Under the pieces are notes generated by a model, which made no database searches, was not told where the DNA came from, and saw nothing but the letters and a program-made list of their open reading frames with translations. Of a stretch of DNA of 64,000 bases, positions 49,551-59,035 are shown piece after piece. Each line of letters begins with the position of its first letter. Within the stretch, counting starts at the first letter, position 1. Source of the stretch: an uncultured Christensenellaceae bacterium (GTDB taxonomy: Bacteria; Bacillota; Clostridia; Christensenellales; UBA3700); contig CALWHB010000002.1 of assembly GCA_944380275.1 (NCBI GenBank), positions 19,576 through 83,575 of the forward strand, read 5' to 3'. The translations under genes and the position numbers were made by a program.

Positions 49551-50216
49551 GTACATATATATGGCAGGAAATAAGACTCTGCAATCTGGCTTTGAATTTA
49601 TCCTGCCTGAGGTTTTAGGGTTTGACATAAAAATCTGTGTTCAACCCAATCAATTTTATTAAATTCAAAATAATCGATACTGCACGTTTATATTTTTTAT
49701 TATGAACGCGTCGGTCGCACTGCAGGCAATCACGTTTTATGCGTTAATATCGACGCTTAATTATGAAAATCTTTATCATATCACTATAATACAATCCGTG
49801 CAGTATTTTTAGCGTATTCAGGCGGTTTAATCCGACAAAAGTTTATTTGCAATCCAATCGGCTGAATTATTAAAATCAAAGACGCACTGTGCATGCCTTA
49901 GCAAAGGATGCAAACCCGGATTAAGGCAACTTATTCACGTATCCAAAGCGGTAATATATCGTTAAATTTTTGATATTATGTTGTTTTGACACAGCAATCC
50001 GTATTGTATCGGCTAATATTTTCTGTTTACTACCGCACATGCCTTCAGACGGTGATTTTCAATGAGCGTTTTAGCGGGGTAAACATATATATTGTTGTAT
50101 ATTTTCAATCTGATTCTTCCTGAAAAGCAAAAAAGGCAGGTTTGGGGCATGTTTGTATTATTTCGGTACGATACAAATAAAAATTGCGAATAAAACATTT
50201 TGTATCCTGACGCGAG

Positions 50217-50245
50217 GTATAAACGGGACAAATCCCTCATAGTTT
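50217..50245 (+). promoter_or_regulatory. sigmaE promoter of spoIVA
   Basis: GTATAAA-14 nt-CATAGTTT. Confidence 0.7.
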
Positions 50246-50274
50246 ATAAAAGAACAAACCTTTGGAGGGAATTT

Positions 50275-51750
50275 ATGCAACAGTTCGACTTATACCGCGA
50301 TATTTCCATGCGTACAAACGGAGATATTTATATAGGCGTGGTTGGCCCCGTACGTACGGGCAAATCCACGTTTATCAGCAAATTTATGCAGACTCTCGTT
50401 CTGCCTGCGATAAAGGACGTACACCGCAAAAAGCGCGTTACGGACGAGTTGCCGCAATCTGCTGACGGCAAAACTATAATGACAACTCAGCCCAAGTTCG
50501 TGCCGGACGAGGCTCAGACTGTAGAGCTGGGCGAAAATCTGAGGGCAAAAGTAAGGCTGATAGATTGCGTGGGGTATCTTGTCGACAATGCAGAAGGACA
50601 TATTGAGGACGGCAAACCGCGCCTTGTGGATACGCCGTGGAGCGAAGAGAAGATGCCTTTTGAAAAAGCGGCGGAATACGGGACGAAAAAGGTCATGACA
50701 GACCACTCCACGATAGGCATTGTGGTAACGAGCGACGGCAGCGTAACCGAACTGCCGAGAAAAGCTTACGAAAAAGCCGAAGAGCGCATCGTAAACGAAA
50801 TGAAGGAGTTGGGCAAGCCGTTTGCGATAGTTCTCAATACAAAGAAGGAAAAGGATGCTGACAGCAAAAAACTGGCGGCTAAACTGAGCGAAAAATACGG
50901 CGTTCCGGTAATTCTTCAAAACGTAATGCAGATGGGACAGGAAGAAATCGCACAGGTACTCAAAGCAGTGCTTATGCAGTTTCCCGTAGAAAGCATAGGC
51001 GTTGTGATGCCCAAATGGTTGCAGGCATTGCCGAGAGATAACGAGATTATATCTGACGTGATTGACAAGGTCGCGGCGGCATCCGACGCGGTAAAAATAA
51101 TGGACGATTACGAAAAACTTTGCGGAGTGTTTGACGAAGACGAATATATTCAGAAAATCGCGCAGACAGACGTAGATTTCGGCAAAGGAAAAATCACGCT
51201 TGAGCTTTCTCCCGTACAAGGGCTGTTCTATCAGGTTCTGAGCAAGCAATGCGACCTGAAGATAGAAAACGACTTTGAACTCGTATCGTATATCAAATCT
51301 CTCGGCTTTGCAAAAAAGCAATACGACAAGCTGTCTGATGCGGTAAAACAGGCTGACGAGTTAGGTTACGGGGTCGTAGTGCCTGCAGACGACGATATGA
51401 ATCTGGATGCGCCGGAGATTGTAAAACGCGGTTCGAGATACGGCGTAAAGCTCAAGGCGAGCGCACCGTCATATCACATTATGAAAGTAAACGTAGAAAC
51501 AGAGGTCAATCCGATAATGAGCGAATCGCAGGACGAAAATATGCTCAAAGAGTGGCTGGAAGGTTTCGGTGAAGACAGCAAGGGGGTCTGGAAGACAAAT
51601 ATGCTTGGCAAATCGCTTGACAGCATAGCAAAAGACGGATTGACTGCAAAACTCGCGTCTATGCCTGCTGATACCAGACTTAAGCTGAGGAAGACTGTGA
51701 ACAGGATAATAAATGAAGGAAAGGGCGGAGTGCTTTGCATACTTCTCTGA
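50275..51750 (+). CDS. spoIVA: Stage IV sporulation protein A
   Basis: IYIGVVGPVRTGKSTF, DELPQS, IDCVGY, HSTIGIVVT; SD GGAGG before MQQFD. Confidence 0.97.
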   Translation: MQQFDLYRDISMRTNGDIYIGVVGPVRTGKSTFISKFMQTLVLPAIKDVHRKKRVTDELPQSADGKTIMTTQPKFVPDEAQTVELGENLRAKVRLIDCVGYLVDNAEGHIEDGKPRLVDTPWSEEKMPFEKAAEYGTKKVMTDHSTIGIVVTSDGSVTELPRKAYEKAEERIVNEMKELGKPFAIVLNTKKEKDADSKKLAAKLSEKYGVPVILQNVMQMGQEEIAQVLKAVLMQFPVESIGVVMPKWLQALPRDNEIISDVIDKVAAASDAVKIMDDYEKLCGVFDEDEYIQKIAQTDVDFGKGKITLELSPVQGLFYQVLSKQCDLKIENDFELVSYIKSLGFAKKQYDKLSDAVKQADELGYGVVVPADDDMNLDAPEIVKRGSRYGVKLKASAPSYHIMKVNVETEVNPIMSESQDENMLKEWLEGFGEDSKGVWKTNMLGKSLDSIAKDGLTAKLASMPADTRLKLRKTVNRIINEGKGGVLCILL

Positions 51751-51757
51751 CGACTTC

Positions 51758-51793
51758 AACCGATAAACGCATTTATTTGCGTTTATCGGTTTT
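51758..51793 (+). terminator. Terminator hairpin
   Basis: 14-bp stem AACCGATAAACGCA / TGCGTTTATCGGTT. Confidence 0.8.
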
Positions 51794-52009
51794 AATATGA
51801 AGAATTCAATAACACGTCAGTCCGGTTGATTACTGATAATAAAAAAACAAAGAGAAAACAGAAAAGGCAGGTACGGAAAAATCAGAAAATAATTTAAAAG
51901 GCGAATAAACGCCTTGTTTATATTTTTGCTCCGGTATAGAGTTGTTTTGAAATTAATACTAATTAATAATAATTGATAATAATAAAATATAACAAAATTT
52001 TACATGTTT

Positions 52010-52038
52010 CACCAAAATTTTAATTTCCGCATAAGATA
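52010..52038 (+). promoter_or_regulatory. Putative sigmaK promoter
   Basis: CACC-16 nt-CATAAGATA matches mACm-N16-CATAnnnTa. Confidence 0.6.
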
Positions 52039-52079
52039 TATTGTTCACTCTGAATTAAGGGTGGAAAAGGACGTGCAAT

Positions 52080-52331
52080 ATGTGTTATTCAAACGGTAAT
52101 TGCGGCTGCGGATGCGGTGCGGGTTCTTGCTTTTCCTGTTCCGATTCCGCCTGCTGTAACAATTCTACTCGCAGCTGTTCGTGCGGCGGAGTTTCGGGTT
52201 GTTCCGATATGCCGTACTATGTCAACCCCTGCGGTTGGTACAGCGTAAACCGCGTCGCGGTTCTTGCGTTGGTAAGCCTTGAGTCTGACAGTTGCGGCTG
52301 CAATTCTTCTTCAAGCGGTATCTGCTGCTGA
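52080..52331 (+). CDS. Small cysteine-rich protein (spore coat/exosporium-like or metallothionein-like)
   Basis: 83 aa, 16 Cys; SD AAAGGA; own terminator. Confidence 0.7.
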   Translation: MCYSNGNCGCGCGAGSCFSCSDSACCNNSTRSCSCGGVSGCSDMPYYVNPCGWYSVNRVAVLALVSLESDSCGCNSSSSGICC

Positions 52332-52343
52332 GAGCATAAAAAC

Positions 52344-52371
52344 AAAGCGGGTCGGTTCAGACCCGTTTTTT
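52344..52371 (+). terminator. Intrinsic terminator
   Basis: GCGGGTC-GGTTCA-GACCCGT followed by a T run. Confidence 0.8.
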
Positions 52372-52991
52372 ATTTTGCAGAGATATGCGCAAATTTCGTG
52401 ATATTGTCATATCTTATGTTTTATCTTTGCGGCTGTTTAAACGAAACAAATGTTGTTTCATATTTTGCCTGGTTTGTCATGAGGGATATTTATTAGATAT
52501 GACTTTTGCGACTGTCTGCACGATTTTACGAATATCCGTGCAGATTCAGTATCGGTTGGAATTTTCAGGTTTGTTTTGTGAAATCTGATTTTGCGTTATC
52601 GGATTTTCAGCAGCAACAGGTATTGTCAGAAAGCGAGGATGCGCTTGTTCCGAGGCATTTTGAGAAAGCAAGGCAGCAGACTATAAGCGACATCGGGTCG
52701 CAGCAGTTTACAGCGCATTGAGAATTGTTTCCTGACGAGTAGCAGAGTAATGCAAGCAATAACAGATTGTTCATATTTCACCTCTTTTACAAAATAGGGC
52801 TGAATCTGACAAAAATTTTGATTTTTTTGCCGATTCATCGCTATATAATATGTTCATACGACGATATATATTCATAGGCATTATTGGCTTAGAGAAAAAA
52901 CTTTTAAACGCGAGCATTAAATCGTTGCGCAATCGAATAAAAACGAAATGCCTTATAACGCCAAAACTAACATAAAGAGAGGAAAAGCTAT

Positions 52992-53345
52992 ATGATGTAT
53001 GACAGCTGTCTGTCTATTACGGAGCAGCAGGAAAGGAGCATTTTGCGCAGTATGCCGCCCAAAGCGGCAACAGAAAATTTAGCGAGATTTTTCGACGTAT
53101 TTTCAGACAATACGAGGCTCAGGATTCTGTCTGCGCTTTCGATGAAGGAACTTTGCGTGGCAGACCTGTCATTTATTCTGTCTATGAGGCAGAGTACCGT
53201 TTCTCATCAGTTGAGATTGCTCAAAGACGCGCGCATAGTCGACTGCCGCAGGGCAGGAAAACTGATACTTTACGCCGTGGTCAATCCGTATGTGAACGAC
53301 GTGTTGCTTACGGGCGCGAAACAGTTTGCCCAGAGTGCAGGCTGA
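52992..53345 (+). CDS. ArsR/SmtB family transcriptional regulator
   Basis: SDNTRLRIL, ELCVADL, QSTVSHQLRLLK; SD GAGAGGA. Confidence 0.9.
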   Translation: MMYDSCLSITEQQERSILRSMPPKAATENLARFFDVFSDNTRLRILSALSMKELCVADLSFILSMRQSTVSHQLRLLKDARIVDCRRAGKLILYAVVNPYVNDVLLTGAKQFAQSAG

Positions 53346-53555
53346 TATATCTTGCGATATAATCGTGTTTGCGGTTTAAGGCAAATGCCGTGAGTTTTTG
53401 CTGAAAAGCAGCGAGATTTTGTCCTGTTCAGTCTGAGCTGAAAAGGGTATTTCCTGCGCACGGAAGATATATTTTAACAACATGTTTACTTCGCCGCTTT
53501 TGCGTGCAGGTCAAATTGCTTTATATTATCCTTTTAGTGTGATATAATTACGGGT

Positions 53556-55394
53556 ATGAAACAATTGGAGCAAAAACTCAAAGACCTGCCTCACAAAAGC
53601 GGCGTTTATATTATGTACAACGAGGCGCGGCAGATACTGTATATCGGCAAGGCGCGCGACCTGTTCAAGCGCGTTCATCAGTATTTCGGCAATAAGGCAA
53701 ACCGCACACAGAAAGTCATAAAACTCGTTGAAAAGATTTACGACCTCGATTATATCATTACCGCAAACGAGGTAGAGGCTCTTGTGCTTGAAAACAATCT
53801 GATAAAAAAGCACAAACCGCCTTATAATATTCTGTTAAAGGATGACAAAAGCTATCCGTTTATCAAAATAGATTTAAAAAAGCCTTATCCGCGTGTCGAG
53901 GTGGTCAGAAAGCTGAAGAACGACGGAGCGAAATATTTCGGACCGTATATGCAGGGGATAAGCACTCAGGATATTCTGGGGCTAATCAACAGCGCGTTCT
54001 GCGTACGTACCTGCAAGATGGACCTGACTAAAGTTCCTCAAAATCACAGACCGTGTCTGAACTATCACATAAAGCGTTGTTACGCGCCGTGTGCGGGGCT
54101 GATTTCGAGAGAAGAATACGACGCGATAATAAAAGAAATCGTCGCTTTTCTTCAGGGCAACGACAAAAAGATAGCAGAGGTACTTACCGCAAAAATGAAG
54201 GAGGCATCCGAAAGAGAAGAATACGAACTCGCTCTGACTTACAAACAGAAACTTCAGGTGCTTGAAAAGCTCGTCAGGAGGCAGGTGGGCGTACTTCCCA
54301 AGGATTTCGATATGGACGTTTTCGCCGTTGCGTCAAACGGACTCAATACCGTGGCTGCGGTCATATTCGTGAGAGGAGGCAAAATAGTTGGCGGCGACAA
54401 GCACGTGATAGAGGGCGTATCTCTCGACGAAGGCAGTGCGCTCTCCAATTTTATAATGCGGTTTTACGATATGACAGGCTATGTCGCAAGCGAAGTGATA
54501 ACGTCCACACAGATAGAAGACGGCGACGTACTGAGGGAATATCTCAGCGAAAAAGCAGGCAGGAAGATAAACGTAATTTGTCCGCATCAGGGGGTAAGAA
54601 GGCAGCTTGCCGATATGTCGCAGGGCAACGCGCAGGATTATCTCGAAAAGTCGCTTTCTGTAAAAGAAAGAAAAGAGAACATGACTATGGGGGGAGTGAT
54701 ACAGCTTGCGGAGTATCTTAAGCTTGCAAAACTTCCCGTTCGCATGGAGTGTTACGACATATCGCACATAAGCGGCACAAACAAGGTCGCGTCAATGGTC
54801 GTATTTGTCAACGGTGAGGCAGAGAAGTCGCATTACCGCAAATTCAAGATAGAAACCGTTGAAGGGAACGACGATTTTGCCTGTCTACAGGAAACTCTCA
54901 GAAGAAGGCTTGCAGACATGAAGGAAAGGGCAGGCGACGTGAGCTTTTCTTCCCGTCCCGACCTTATCGTGATAGACGGAGGAAAGGGACAGCTCAGCAG
55001 CGTTATGGAAGTGGTTGCGGACTGCGATACGGAGGGTATAAATTTCATAAGCCTGGCAAAGAGAGAAGAAGAGGTATTTCTTCCGGGGCAGAGCGTGCCC
55101 GTAATCCTGCCCAGGGACAGTTACGCTCTCAGACTACTTCAGAGAATAAGGGACGAGGCGCACAGATTTGCGATAACTTTCCACAGAAATCTCAGAAAGA
55201 CTTCGCAGACAAAGAGCGCGTTGCTTGCTATAGAAGGAGTGGGAAAAACGAGAGTAAAACTTCTTTTTGATTCTTTCAAGACGCTTGACAACATAAAAAA
55301 GGCGAGCATAGAAGAACTCACGGCGGTAAAAGGAATAGACCGGCGCACGGCAGAGAACGTATATGCCGCGTTCCGCAAAGATAGCGGCGATTAG
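53556..55394 (+). CDS. uvrC: Excinuclease ABC subunit C
   Basis: GIY-YIG (GVYIM..LYIGKA), ECYDISH, IDGGKGQ, RDEAHRFA, HhH. Confidence 0.97.
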   Translation: MKQLEQKLKDLPHKSGVYIMYNEARQILYIGKARDLFKRVHQYFGNKANRTQKVIKLVEKIYDLDYIITANEVEALVLENNLIKKHKPPYNILLKDDKSYPFIKIDLKKPYPRVEVVRKLKNDGAKYFGPYMQGISTQDILGLINSAFCVRTCKMDLTKVPQNHRPCLNYHIKRCYAPCAGLISREEYDAIIKEIVAFLQGNDKKIAEVLTAKMKEASEREEYELALTYKQKLQVLEKLVRRQVGVLPKDFDMDVFAVASNGLNTVAAVIFVRGGKIVGGDKHVIEGVSLDEGSALSNFIMRFYDMTGYVASEVITSTQIEDGDVLREYLSEKAGRKINVICPHQGVRRQLADMSQGNAQDYLEKSLSVKERKENMTMGGVIQLAEYLKLAKLPVRMECYDISHISGTNKVASMVVFVNGEAEKSHYRKFKIETVEGNDDFACLQETLRRRLADMKERAGDVSFSSRPDLIVIDGGKGQLSSVMEVVADCDTEGINFISLAKREEEVFLPGQSVPVILPRDSYALRLLQRIRDEAHRFAITFHRNLRKTSQTKSALLAIEGVGKTRVKLLFDSFKTLDNIKKASIEELTAVKGIDRRTAENVYAAFRKDSGD

Positions 55395-55402
55395 TCAATC
55401 GT

Positions 55403-55431
55403 TTGACAAAACGGACGTTCGGTTATATTAT
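55403..55431 (+). promoter_or_regulatory. sigmaA promoter of the cof-hprK operon
   Basis: TTGACA-17-TATTAT. Confidence 0.7.
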
Positions 55432-55488
55432 AAATATGTGTGGGCATAAAAGTATTATTTTCAGTCCCGTGGCAGAAAGAGAAGGAAT

Positions 55489-56301
55489 ATGAAATACAAG
55501 GCAATTTTCAGCGATTTTGACGGTACGCTTTATTCAGACAATTACGAGGTGTCGCAAAAAAATATTGACGCTATTCACGATTACGAGGCAAGAGGAGGAA
55601 AGTTCTTCGTCGCAACGGGTCGTCTTTTTCAGGCGATTTATCCTCACGTTTCCTCACTCGGACTCAAAGGAGAGGTCATAGTCTATCAGGGCGGAGGAAT
55701 TTTTGACATTGAGAGCAAAAAAGTCATCTGGCAACAGACTATCGACAACGCTACCGCAGTTGATTGTCTGAGAAAGCTTGAAGAAGAGGGCATTTCCGTA
55801 AATATGGTATACATAGACGACAAGTGTTACGGCACAGAGCCGCACCCTGCGATTGACCTCTTTTGCAAGATATGTAAGATAGGATGCGAGTATGTGGGTG
55901 AAAAGCTGTCTGATTACGTGGCGCGCACGGGCGCGACTCCCAACAAACTTCTCGCAATGGTAGAACCTGACAAAGCTCTGCCTCTTGCAGACAAATACCG
56001 CAAGGCGTATGACAAAAGGCTTGCGCTGATGCGTTCGCAGCCGTTTATGGTAGAGTTTACCGCTTACGGGCTGAGCAAAGGCGCGGCGGTCGAAAAAGTG
56101 TGCGCGATGCACGGATTGAAAAGAGAAGAGATTATCTGTATAGGCGACGCGGACAACGATATTCCGATGATAGAATATGCCGGGTTGGGAGTTGCCGTCA
56201 TGAACGCTATGCAGACTACCAAGGACAGGGCGGACGTCATAGGCGTCAGCAACAACCACGACGCAATCGCGTGGGTAATAGAAAATTTCTGTAAGGACTG
56301 A
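55489..56301 (+). CDS. Cof-type HAD-IIB hydrolase
   Basis: SDFDGTL, ATGR, SKG, IGDADND. Confidence 0.93.
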   Translation: MKYKAIFSDFDGTLYSDNYEVSQKNIDAIHDYEARGGKFFVATGRLFQAIYPHVSSLGLKGEVIVYQGGGIFDIESKKVIWQQTIDNATAVDCLRKLEEEGISVNMVYIDDKCYGTEPHPAIDLFCKICKIGCEYVGEKLSDYVARTGATPNKLLAMVEPDKALPLADKYRKAYDKRLALMRSQPFMVEFTAYGLSKGAAVEKVCAMHGLKREEIICIGDADNDIPMIEYAGLGVAVMNAMQTTKDRADVIGVSNNHDAIAWVIENFCKD

Positions 56302-56303
56302 TT

Positions 56304-57260
56304 ATGAAGGAGCAAGGCAACGTATTTGACAACGAATACGCTATCAGCGAAAGCGTAAAAATCAAAAATTTCTGTCAGGACTGCAATCTTGAGCTGTTGC
56401 AGGGCAACGAAACGGATTATATCACTTTCAGTTCCGGACTTCTCAACCGTCCGGGATTGCTGCTTGCGGGATTTGACGATTATTTCGGCGCAGGCAGAGT
56501 GCAGATGATAGGAAACGCAGAATATTATTATATCAAATCGCTGCCTGACGACAAAAAAGAACATGCGATAGAGATGTTGTTTTCAAAGCGCGTACCTTGC
56601 GTAATCTACACCCGCTCGATAAATCCCAGTTCTCTTGCGCTTGAGGTAGCGTCGAGATACAATATACCGGTATTCCTTTCGCACAAGACGACTACCGCGC
56701 TGAATACAGATATTGCAAACTATCTTGAAAAGCTGCTTGCGCCCATGAAGAGCGTGCATGCGACTTTGCTTGAGATAAGCGGTATAGGCGTGTTGCTGAC
56801 GGGCAAGAGCGGACTGGGCAAAAGTGAAACTGCGCTTGAACTGATACACCGCGGACACAGGCTTGTAGGGGACGATGCCGTCATTGTAAGAAGGATAAAC
56901 GACACTCTGACAGGCACCGCGCCGGAAAGAATAAAGTTTTTTATGGAAGTACGCGGCATAGGCATTATTGACGTCAGGAGCCTTTACGGCGTTTCGTCCG
57001 TTTTGCCGGACAAGAGCATAGATATGGTCATAGAGTTGAAACAGTGGAACGGAGATGCAGATTTCGACAGACTGTGCAACGAAGAAAAATACGAAGAGAT
57101 TCTGGGAATAAGCGTGCCTAAGCTGACGCTGCCTGTAATGCCGGGCAGAAACCTTGCCGTCGTGGTAGAGGTTGCCGCACGCAACTACCGTATGAAAAAG
57201 ATGGGATACGACGCGGTTGCGGATTTGCTTAAAAACCAGAAGAAAACGGGAGAGAGATGA
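56304..57260 (+). CDS. hprK: HPr(Ser) kinase/phosphorylase
   Basis: RPGL, GKSGLGKSE, LVGDD, MEVRGIGII, PGRNLA. Confidence 0.96.
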   Translation: MKEQGNVFDNEYAISESVKIKNFCQDCNLELLQGNETDYITFSSGLLNRPGLLLAGFDDYFGAGRVQMIGNAEYYYIKSLPDDKKEHAIEMLFSKRVPCVIYTRSINPSSLALEVASRYNIPVFLSHKTTTALNTDIANYLEKLLAPMKSVHATLLEISGIGVLLTGKSGLGKSETALELIHRGHRLVGDDAVIVRRINDTLTGTAPERIKFFMEVRGIGIIDVRSLYGVSSVLPDKSIDMVIELKQWNGDADFDRLCNEEKYEEILGISVPKLTLPVMPGRNLAVVVEVAARNYRMKKMGYDAVADLLKNQKKTGER

Positions 57261-57433
57261 CAGATTACGAGAAGATGAAACTCGCAGAAAAATACGACGA
57301 GGACTGCGATTGCATAGAAGAGGAAGAAGACCTTGAAAGAGCAGAGCGTTACGAAAGCGATGCAGAGGCTTTCAAGAGGAGATACAAAGAGTTTTATACA
57401 GATATAAAACTCAGCCATAAGGAGGACTGGTGA
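57257..57433 (+). CDS. Small acidic hypothetical protein (58 aa), below the ORF-track cutoff
   Basis: MTDYEKMKLAEKYDEDCDCIEEEEDLERAERYESDAEAFKRRYKEFYTDIKLSHKEDW; ATGA overlap with the hprK stop; ends 1 nt before the next ATG. Confidence 0.7.
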   Translation: MTDYEKMKLAEKYDEDCDCIEEEEDLERAERYESDAEAFKRRYKEFYTDIKLSHKEDW

Positions 57434-57434
57434 T

Positions 57435-58334
57435 ATGTTGATGAATACTTTCTGGCAGGTTTTTTGCCTTGTCGCAGGTCTGGGTGCGGCGGTCGTCAGT
57501 CCTTTTATCGTAATGAAGACTTTCGGAAAATCGAGAGAGCGTGCTGAAAAATTCATGTACCGCCTGATGATTTTCGTGCTTGTTTACAAAATACTTCATT
57601 TTACGCTGATGCCCACGATATTCCGTCAGGACGCTGTCAAACTTATACCGGTAGAGATTAGTTCCGTCAGCTATTTTCTTATGCCTATCGCATATCTTTC
57701 AGGTTGGAAAGCCATCAAAGAAACGGGCAGATTCGTCGGCTTTTTCGCAGGACTCGTGCAGTTGCTTGCAATGAGCATATCGCCGTCGTCTTTCGTAAAC
57801 AGCGATATGACAAATTTCACATTTATAGAAAGCATTATAATGCATTATTGCCTATACCTCGGCGGTCTTGTATGGAATTTTACCATTGAGCCGCTCAGAT
57901 ATAAGGATTTGTGGAAGGCTCTTGCAGGATTTTTGGTAATTCTTCTGTGGGGAACTCTCGCTGCATTTACCTGGAGATACGATTACGTCAACGACAAACC
58001 GGAAAACATCATGTTTATACAGGAGTGCGTGTTGCCTGAATTTCTGCTTATCCCCGGTTTTGACAAAAACCATCTCTTTATAATAGAATATCTGGCTGTA
58101 TTCTTTGTCTATATAGCGATACTTTACAAGTTGTCAAGGCTTGCTTTCAAGAGAAGAAATCCGGAGCCGCGTTCTCCGTGGGGAGGCGGTTCATACAAAA
58201 AATATCTGAAGGAAAAAGACAGATTGCCGCTCAATTTTTACGGAATAAAAGAACACGTCGCTTATTATCTGCCTATAATAGAGGCGAGGGACGAAGGAAA
58301 AACGGCAGAAAAGACTCCTGCGAGGACACAATAA
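57435..58334 (+). CDS. Integral membrane protein (YwaF/TP0381-like)
   Basis: Multiple TM helices; LIPVEISS, IMH, ENIMF; SD AAGGAGG. Confidence 0.7.
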   Translation: MLMNTFWQVFCLVAGLGAAVVSPFIVMKTFGKSRERAEKFMYRLMIFVLVYKILHFTLMPTIFRQDAVKLIPVEISSVSYFLMPIAYLSGWKAIKETGRFVGFFAGLVQLLAMSISPSSFVNSDMTNFTFIESIIMHYCLYLGGLVWNFTIEPLRYKDLWKALAGFLVILLWGTLAAFTWRYDYVNDKPENIMFIQECVLPEFLLIPGFDKNHLFIIEYLAVFFVYIAILYKLSRLAFKRRNPEPRSPWGGGSYKKYLKEKDRLPLNFYGIKEHVAYYLPIIEARDEGKTAEKTPARTQ

Positions 58335-58591
58335 AATCCGTCGCGGCAGTTTTTGTCATACGCAAATAATCGCAAATCAAACATCGCAAGATTCTGAGTA
58401 ACGGGGACCTTGCGATTTTTTATAAACCGGGAAATCCAAAATATAGCTATGACTGTTTCAAACATATTGAATACATCAAATATAAGAAAAAATACATAAC
58501 AGTAATTACACTTACAGTTATAAGCAGCAGTATTGACAATTGATTTTCAAGGTAGTATAATAAAGAAAAAAATAAACGGAGCGTTATTTCT

Positions 58592-58996
58592 ATGGCAGAT
58601 AAGAAAAAATCCGGCGGTGCAAAGGGATTTTTGCGAGGTTTCGGGCTGTTTGCGACGATAGTCGGGCTTATAGCCGCGGCGGTCGGCATAGCGTTGCTTA
58701 TGACTGACAGCGTAGCGGAAGATAAGATAAAATTCGGATTGTCGATTGCTGGTATCGCGGTGGCATTTGTAGGAGCGGTGTTGATTCTCATCGGCGTCAG
58801 GAAGTCAAAGGACGAGGACGAGGCGGCTGCGCCTATAAATTGTATGTATTGCGGAGAGCCTAATCCTCCTGCAAGCAAATATTGCCGTAAATGCGGCAAA
58901 CCGCTTGTGAAAAAATGCGTGAACTGCGGCGCGGTACTCGATATGGACGCAAAGTACTGCAATACCTGCGGTGTAAGAGTGAGAAAGGATTCTTAA
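58592..58996 (+). CDS. Two-TM membrane protein with double zinc ribbon
   Basis: CMYC, CRKC, CVNC, CNTC; TTGACA-17-TAGTAT upstream. Confidence 0.85.
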   Translation: MADKKKSGGAKGFLRGFGLFATIVGLIAAAVGIALLMTDSVAEDKIKFGLSIAGIAVAFVGAVLILIGVRKSKDEDEAAAPINCMYCGEPNPPASKYCRKCGKPLVKKCVNCGAVLDMDAKYCNTCGVRVRKDS

Positions 58997-59028
58997 AAAA
59001 CAAACGCCTTAAAAAAGGCGTTTTTTTT
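58995..59028. terminator. Bidirectional intrinsic terminator
   Basis: AAACGCCTT-AAAA-AAGGCGTTTTTTTT. Confidence 0.8.
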
Positions 59029-59035
59029 ATTGATT

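Noticed and set aside
49885-49930. GCAAA..GGATGCAAA resembling a c-di-GMP-I riboswitch
   Set aside because: The P2 stem with a GNRA loop and the P3 elements are missing; only a 7-bp inverted repeat is present.
52080-52331. Cys-rich ORF as a RiPP (ranthipeptide/sactipeptide) precursor
   Set aside because: No radical SAM/SPASM enzyme, peptidase or exporter is adjacent, and there is no leader-like N-terminus.
52385-52838. Short ORFs between the Cys-rich gene and arsR, and at 49289-49662 and 63480-63860
   Set aside because: No SD or motifs and atypical composition; probably non-coding.
36089-58996. Two double-zinc-ribbon membrane proteins as a linked system
   Set aside because: This is a common architecture; the genes are 22 kb apart with no shared context.
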